A DNA stretch of 64,000 nt, from assembly GCA_037447605.1 (NCBI GenBank), contig CM074818.1, forward strand, positions 1,686,617 through 1,750,616. Direction: 5' to 3'. The notes beneath the pieces are model-generated. The model saw only the letters and a program-made list of their open reading frames with translations, was not told where the DNA came from and ran no database searches. This document shows, piece by piece, positions 59,090 through 64,000 of the stretch (positions are counted from its first letter, which is position 1; the number at the start of each line of letters is the position of its first letter). The DNA comes from Zygnema circumcarinatum SAG 698-1b. Its lineage: Eukaryota; Plantae; Zygnematophyceae. The translations under genes were made by a program, and so were the position numbers.

Positions 59090-60295
59090 TGCAAACTTTT
59101 GACGTGCATTTTCGGGAGGGAGGGATTTGGAAGTCCTCAACTTTTTTGGAACTCGCAGAATTGTGCTTGCTTCTTGAGTTAACAGGTTCTGCTGCTTCTC
59201 CTGTTGCTTCACGCTATTTTTAGTTCTTGGCCTGTTGGTTCGTTAACTTGTTCAAGAATATTTTGTTGTTTCAACTCTTTAATTTTTTGTTCTGCATCCT
59301 TGAGAGTCTTTTCTTCCACTACATGCATCTGTATTTCTTTTCTCTCTCTCGGAACACCGAAGCTCGACCATTACCTCCAATTATATGAACACCAATCAAT
59401 CAGTGACCATCGCTACTCGTATCCTGTGATGAGAGCGATGGATGTCTGTGAATGTGCAAGATTTTTACTTGGACTTGACAGAAGGTGGAAGAAAAATCAC
59501 GTCACGTGATTATTTGGAGCAATTATCAGAAGGTATGCCGGTAATCTCTGTCTCCGGCCTAACTAAGAGTATGCTCCGCCTAAACAAATTCGAATAAAGT
59601 GGGATGAGGGGTCGAGTCTCTTGAACCTTGAACGCGTGTCTCCCTCCCCTTCTCTCTTACAAGTCTACCCTTCAAACCTCCAACCGCAAGACTCGTCTTC
59701 ACACCGGGGTGAAAAAAACATGATTCTGGTTGCTTGTTTGCTTCCTTCTTTTGTAGATAGCAAAAAAGTAACGGTGCTTTTCAAAAATCCGAACAGGTTT
59801 TGATCTTGTTTGCTCCCTCTTTTTCTAGGTCTGAAGAGAGCGGAGGGACACATGGATTTTTCTTTACTAAGGAAAGAATTTGCACGCTATGAATTCGCAC
59901 CTAAAGAGGTCGCTAGCAGATGCGTTCAAAAAGTTGGACGTCATGTTGGTCGTTGTTCATATAATTGGCAGTAATGTTAACGTTGACATGATTGCAGGAA
60001 CATAGAGCACTTGTTCAAGGAGGCCGAGCTAAGGAGGGAAACACAAATACATGTAGTGGAGGAGAGACAGAAACTCAAGGATGCAAAGGAGAAGATTAAG
60101 GAGTTGAAGTAGCGAAAGATTCTCTTGAACAAGTTGATGAATCAGCATGCTAAGAAGCAGAAGGAGGGAGTGTGAAGCAACAGTAGAAGCGAAAGCTTGT
60201 TAACTCAAGAAGCAAGCACAATTTTTTAGTCTTGATGCATTTTGAAAAGGTTGAGGACTTCAAAATCCATCCAAAAAATGCAGGTTTGAAGTTGT
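59090..60295. repeat. Diverged inverted duplication (~300-400-bp arms) of a decayed coiled-coil coding segment
   Basis: 59090-~59400 is the reverse complement of ~59950-60295 (shared GTTCATATAATTGG, CATGTAGTGGA, CTCAAGGATGCA, CTTGAACAAGTT, GTTAACTCAAGAAGCAAGCACAATT, GTTGAGGACTTC). Confidence 0.85.
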
Positions 60296-61198
60296 GAACT
60301 GTTGCTGGAGTTTTCATGATTCGTTGGAGTTCCTAAAAAACTGAAAAAGGAGTTTCCGTTGATGAAACTTGGAACTCTTTCTTGCAGGAACGTTTGGGAG
60401 CATGGCTGTGGAGAATATTTCACATATTCGCTGTGAAAGTCTGAAACAAGGCTCTCTGAACATCCGAATGAGTTTCAAAACAGGGATGACTCAAATGATA
60501 CAAATTTCTGGTGCTTTCTTCCTCACTTTCCTGGTCTTGGACCCGGTTTTTCTGCCATGGAGGTTACATAAACAGATGTACTTAGTGGACAATGATCCTT
60601 GAAAAGGAAGCTCTTTCCGCTTGGTTCCTCCATAGAGATTTGGCTGTTCTGTAACCGCTTGTTTGGTCGTCAAGATGTATCCTTTTGTTAGAGCAAGCGG
60701 GAAAAGAGAAAACTGCAGATTTTTTACCCACTTTTGACCGCTGATGATTTGCGGGCTTCATGTTGTATGCTGCTTTGGTGCCAGATTGGTGGCAATTTCA
60801 ATATGCATTGGTTGATCTCTCTGCATCTGTTTCGCCCTGTTCGGTACTTGAATCAGTTTAAATGTAAGAAGCGGTTTCTAGTCAAGTCCATATCTTCGCC
60901 GTCCTCCTATCTCTGCACATTTGTAACTTTGTAATCTGAATGAACGATCAACGCATTTGTGTGAAACGTTTTCTTGATCGCAAATGTGGAATGTAATGGA
61001 AAGTCAGCTTTTTAATGGCAAAAGATTGCGAACAATGCACCGATCACAGTGATTGGCGCTCTTCATTGCCTGTGAAACCAAACCTGATGCTGCTGTCTTT
61101 TCTTTGAGTTTAGAAGCATCAATGTTTGATTCTGTGCTGTGTTGTTTCCATCAATATGAAGATGGCTGGATGTACCAACGCCAAGATCTATGAGGGAG

Positions 61199-62341
61199 AT
61201 GGAAGTGAAACCTCCTCGGGCTGCTGCAAGCACCCCGTCTTCTTCTGCTGGAGGAGAGGAAGAGGAGATGTTAACGTGTGAAGCAGAGAATCAAAACCCA
61301 CTTTACTCCTGATGTGCTGCGTATGGTGAAAGAGTTCAGGATTTTTCGACTCGGCTTGCAGCATTGGGTGTCTGCCAAGAAGATGAATATCCCAAATTGC
61401 TTTGTGTATCATCGGATGAGATTTCTACTACTGAACTGTGTTTTTCAAGCTTGCAAATTGATTTTTGGTTATTTTGAGCATATCATGTATCTGAAGTACC
61501 ATACAGTATATAACTCCTCTCGTGGGTAGTAACTTGCAAAAAAAAAAAATCGTCATGTTTGGGCAGGCAAGATACACTTGGAGGCGGAAACTTTTCTTTG
61601 CTTCTTACCGTCCTTTTGCAGTTTTGGATTCTAGTGTTTGGCGGAAAGTTTGTGTACCCAAATACTTGGCCTGCCGGCTGTGGGATAATGAGTTCGAGGC
61701 TCTTATAAAGAAAGCGCAGGGGCAGCCCTCTGTTCTCCAAGTCTCCAGCTCAGGCATTACTGCAAGATCATTACTCGCATTTTTCCAAGTACGACTTTGT
61801 GAACTTCCACCTCCTTTGAATGCAGCAGCTATGCAGGTGGGCCCGCCTGTGGGAGAACCATCACTGCTTACTTGAATCAAGAATACATTCTCTCTCCACA
61901 GTAGGCAGCAAGCAGACCCGTGCTCATTCTCACTCGCACTCTCTCACTCTCTCTCTCTCTAATGCCATCTCTTGCATGTAATGTGCAGGTGAACGCAGCA
62001 GGACCGTTCATAGAGGAGCTTAGATTCGATCGCTGTGCCAATTTCTCGGGAATCGACATTTGCACTTTGTGGAAGCTATCACCTCCCGCCCTGGTGGGCC
62101 TTGCATAGGCCACCTAGCGATTGAGGGGTGCAGCCACCTCTCTCATCATGATGTTTTCCGACTGAACCTGCGAGTAGCCTCCCTGGACGTAGGTATCTGT
62201 GTGTGCCTGCGTGTGGAGGTGCTGGAGAAGTGTGAGAGCCGGCACTGCCAGGGACTATGCAGGCACTGCTCAGAGCTTTACAGGGGCTGTGGACTGCATT
62301 GTGGGAGTTGCAATCAGCCGCAGAATTCGCAGCAAGTATGA
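61199..62341 (+). pseudogene. F-box / LRR-like protein resembling SKIP14/SKIP28, with apparent frameshifts (pseudogene or sequencing errors)
   Basis: Segments TPDVLRM, RVQDFSTRLAALGVCQE, LDSSVWRKVCVPKYLACRLWDNEFEALIKKAQG...ITARSLL, IEELRFDRCANFSGID and a Cys-rich tail (LDVGICVC...CESRHCQGLCRHC...CGLHCGSC) lie in different frames. Overall layout resembles SKIP14 as recalled. Confidence 0.5.
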
Positions 62342-63614
62342 TCTCTCGCTCCTTCTCCTATGGTTATCTTTTTTTGGTTTTAAGTTAGGTGTTCGCTTTT
62401 CCTCTGACATTTAGGTCAGCCTTCAGCTTAATGTAAAAACTGAATGCATCGTTTGGTTTCCTCTTGGTTATATTTCTCTGATTGTTTCAGCTGCTCGTTC
62501 CTCCCCTTTGTCCTCGCCTCTCCTCCACAATCACCATTCTCTTTCTCTCCATCCCTTGCCCCTTCCTGGCATGATGGTTATGCATAACGATGAGAGCGGG
62601 GGAGAAATTAGTGCAGAGAGAAGAGGCAGGAAATTTATTCAAAGTGACAGATAAGTGAAGAAAAAATAGGAGAGAAGAAAAAGGAGGAGAGAAGGAAAGA
62701 GAGAATAGAAGAAAGGAGAGGACATAATAAGTAGTTTTTTAGCTGAAATGAGTCTTTTGTTGTGCCCGCAGGCTCTATGGAATACGGAACTTATCGCAGC
62801 CCTGCGTACTCGCTGGAAGGGTGTCCGCCATGGAATTGTTTGAAGGGTAGGGACTTGATAGAGACTTCATGAAGCAAAAATAGGAGAGAAGAAAAAAAAG
62901 GAGAAAAGGAAAGAGAGGCTCCGTGAGAGCATGCCTCTAGTAGTACAGCATGTTCGGTGACATTCTATGGTGGGTAGAACTCGCCTAGCGACTGTTTCCC
63001 AATATTTCGCACACCTTCCACGTGCCCGCCCGCTCTCTGTCCGCTACAGAACTACTTTCAAAACGGCGTTCACACTTTTTTTCTCATCACAAATTGCTAA
63101 GAATCGTATTGGTTTTGACGGCATTCAAATTTTCACAGCCCTTTTTTCAAGCGATTAACTTCGGAATTTGAAGGAACGGGGAAGGCCTGCCCTCTCCCGC
63201 ATACCGTACGCTTTGCCGTCACTCCTCTGGATCCTGATCGTCTCTAAATGGTCAGCGTTCAGTATAAGCAAGTATAAGGGGATAAGCATAAGGGGATGTC
63301 ACCACCTCAAACTTGGGAAGACCTAAATGGATTACTATTCTATGTGAAGTGATTGATTACTCTTGGTTTCGCTGTAACAACGAATTGCGTTGGAAACTGA
63401 CATAATTTGAGGGCTGACTTCGGTAAAATAATTGGGCAGGAAATGGAACTAGTCACTGGCCTTCATTCCATGACTCAAGCGCAAATTTTACAAAACGCTT
63501 CAAGCTCCACAAGGGATAAACGTGATATCATTCATTCACTGTACATATGAAATCGCCTCTTTTAAAAACCAAATTCCGCTCGCACTTTTCGATTTTCTGA
63601 AAAATTTAGTGACA

Positions 63615-63937
63615 CTACGACACAGGCAAAATGTGCACATCACTGGTCAACCGTAGAAACGACATGAAGTAAAAAAAAAAGGTGGGAGGGTCACAGCCCT
63701 TCAAAAGCATCCCCCTCGGAGCTGCTGCTAAAACTTCCGCTGCGTTTGAAGCCTGGACTACCTCCTTATGTCTTGCCTGAAGCTCCTTATCATACACTCT
63801 CTTACAAGTGATATCGATGTTTACAGACGCTCGAAGCATCACTTGCCGCAGAAACATAAGAGCCTGTACACTAGACCTTCCCCTCCTTGCTGTCCCCCAG
63901 GACAGCAGTACTCTCTCCAGGTCCCACACATACATTC
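63615..63937 (-). CDS. Possible exon of a minus-strand gene entering from beyond the window
   Basis: About 100-codon open frame after (GA)n...GATCAG acceptor. No family recognised, and it contains a T10 run. Confidence 0.2.
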
Positions 63938-64000
63938 TGATCTTTTTGTCCCTCTCTCTCCCCCCCCCTCTCTCCCTCTCTCTCTCTATCGTTCTCTCTC

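Noticed and set aside
1-64000. tRNA, rRNA or snoRNA genes
   Set aside because: No cloverleaf, rRNA-like or clear box C/D-H/ACA structure was recognised by eye. A tRNAscan-SE/Infernal run would be needed to exclude them.

Overview
Eukaryotic, intron-rich, gene-dense DNA. The genes are plant-type and the introns are packed with (GA/CT)n, (GAGGGA)n, (CCAT)n and telomere-like (CCCTAA)n tracts, which suggests a streptophyte alga or non-vascular plant (inference). Four 10-N gaps are present (29501-29510, 39291-39300, 43889-43898, 57709-57718). Spliced gene models were reconstructed by eye: the 3' end of a VAMP72-like R-SNARE (+), SMU2/RED (+), protoporphyrinogen oxidase 2 (-), queuosine salvage QNG1/DUF2419 (+), GINS Psf3 (-), mitochondrial ATP synthase subunit f (+), a DUF627/DUF629/peptidase-C19 USP-like gene (+), an orphan gene (+), a small chloroplast membrane protein (-), a GT92/DUF23-like glycosyltransferase (-) and a frameshifted SKIP14-like F-box gene (+). 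The most notable accessory structure is a three-layer nest at 28.8-29.8 kb: a (CCCTAA)n array holds a TA-flanked TIR element, which in turn holds a 5'-truncated RLE-type (CRE-like) non-LTR retrotransposon with a 10-bp TSD. The 3'-end motif of that retroelement recurs three more times in the window. Also notable are a ~1-kb foldback element with ~450-bp arms and a 9-bp TSD, a CCAAT-rich 112-bp tandem array in a divergent promoter, G-rich 3' splice sites, telomeric repeats that may act as branch points, and an inverted pair of decayed coiled-coil coding segments. A 1,952-bp duplication around an N gap is probably an assembly artefact.
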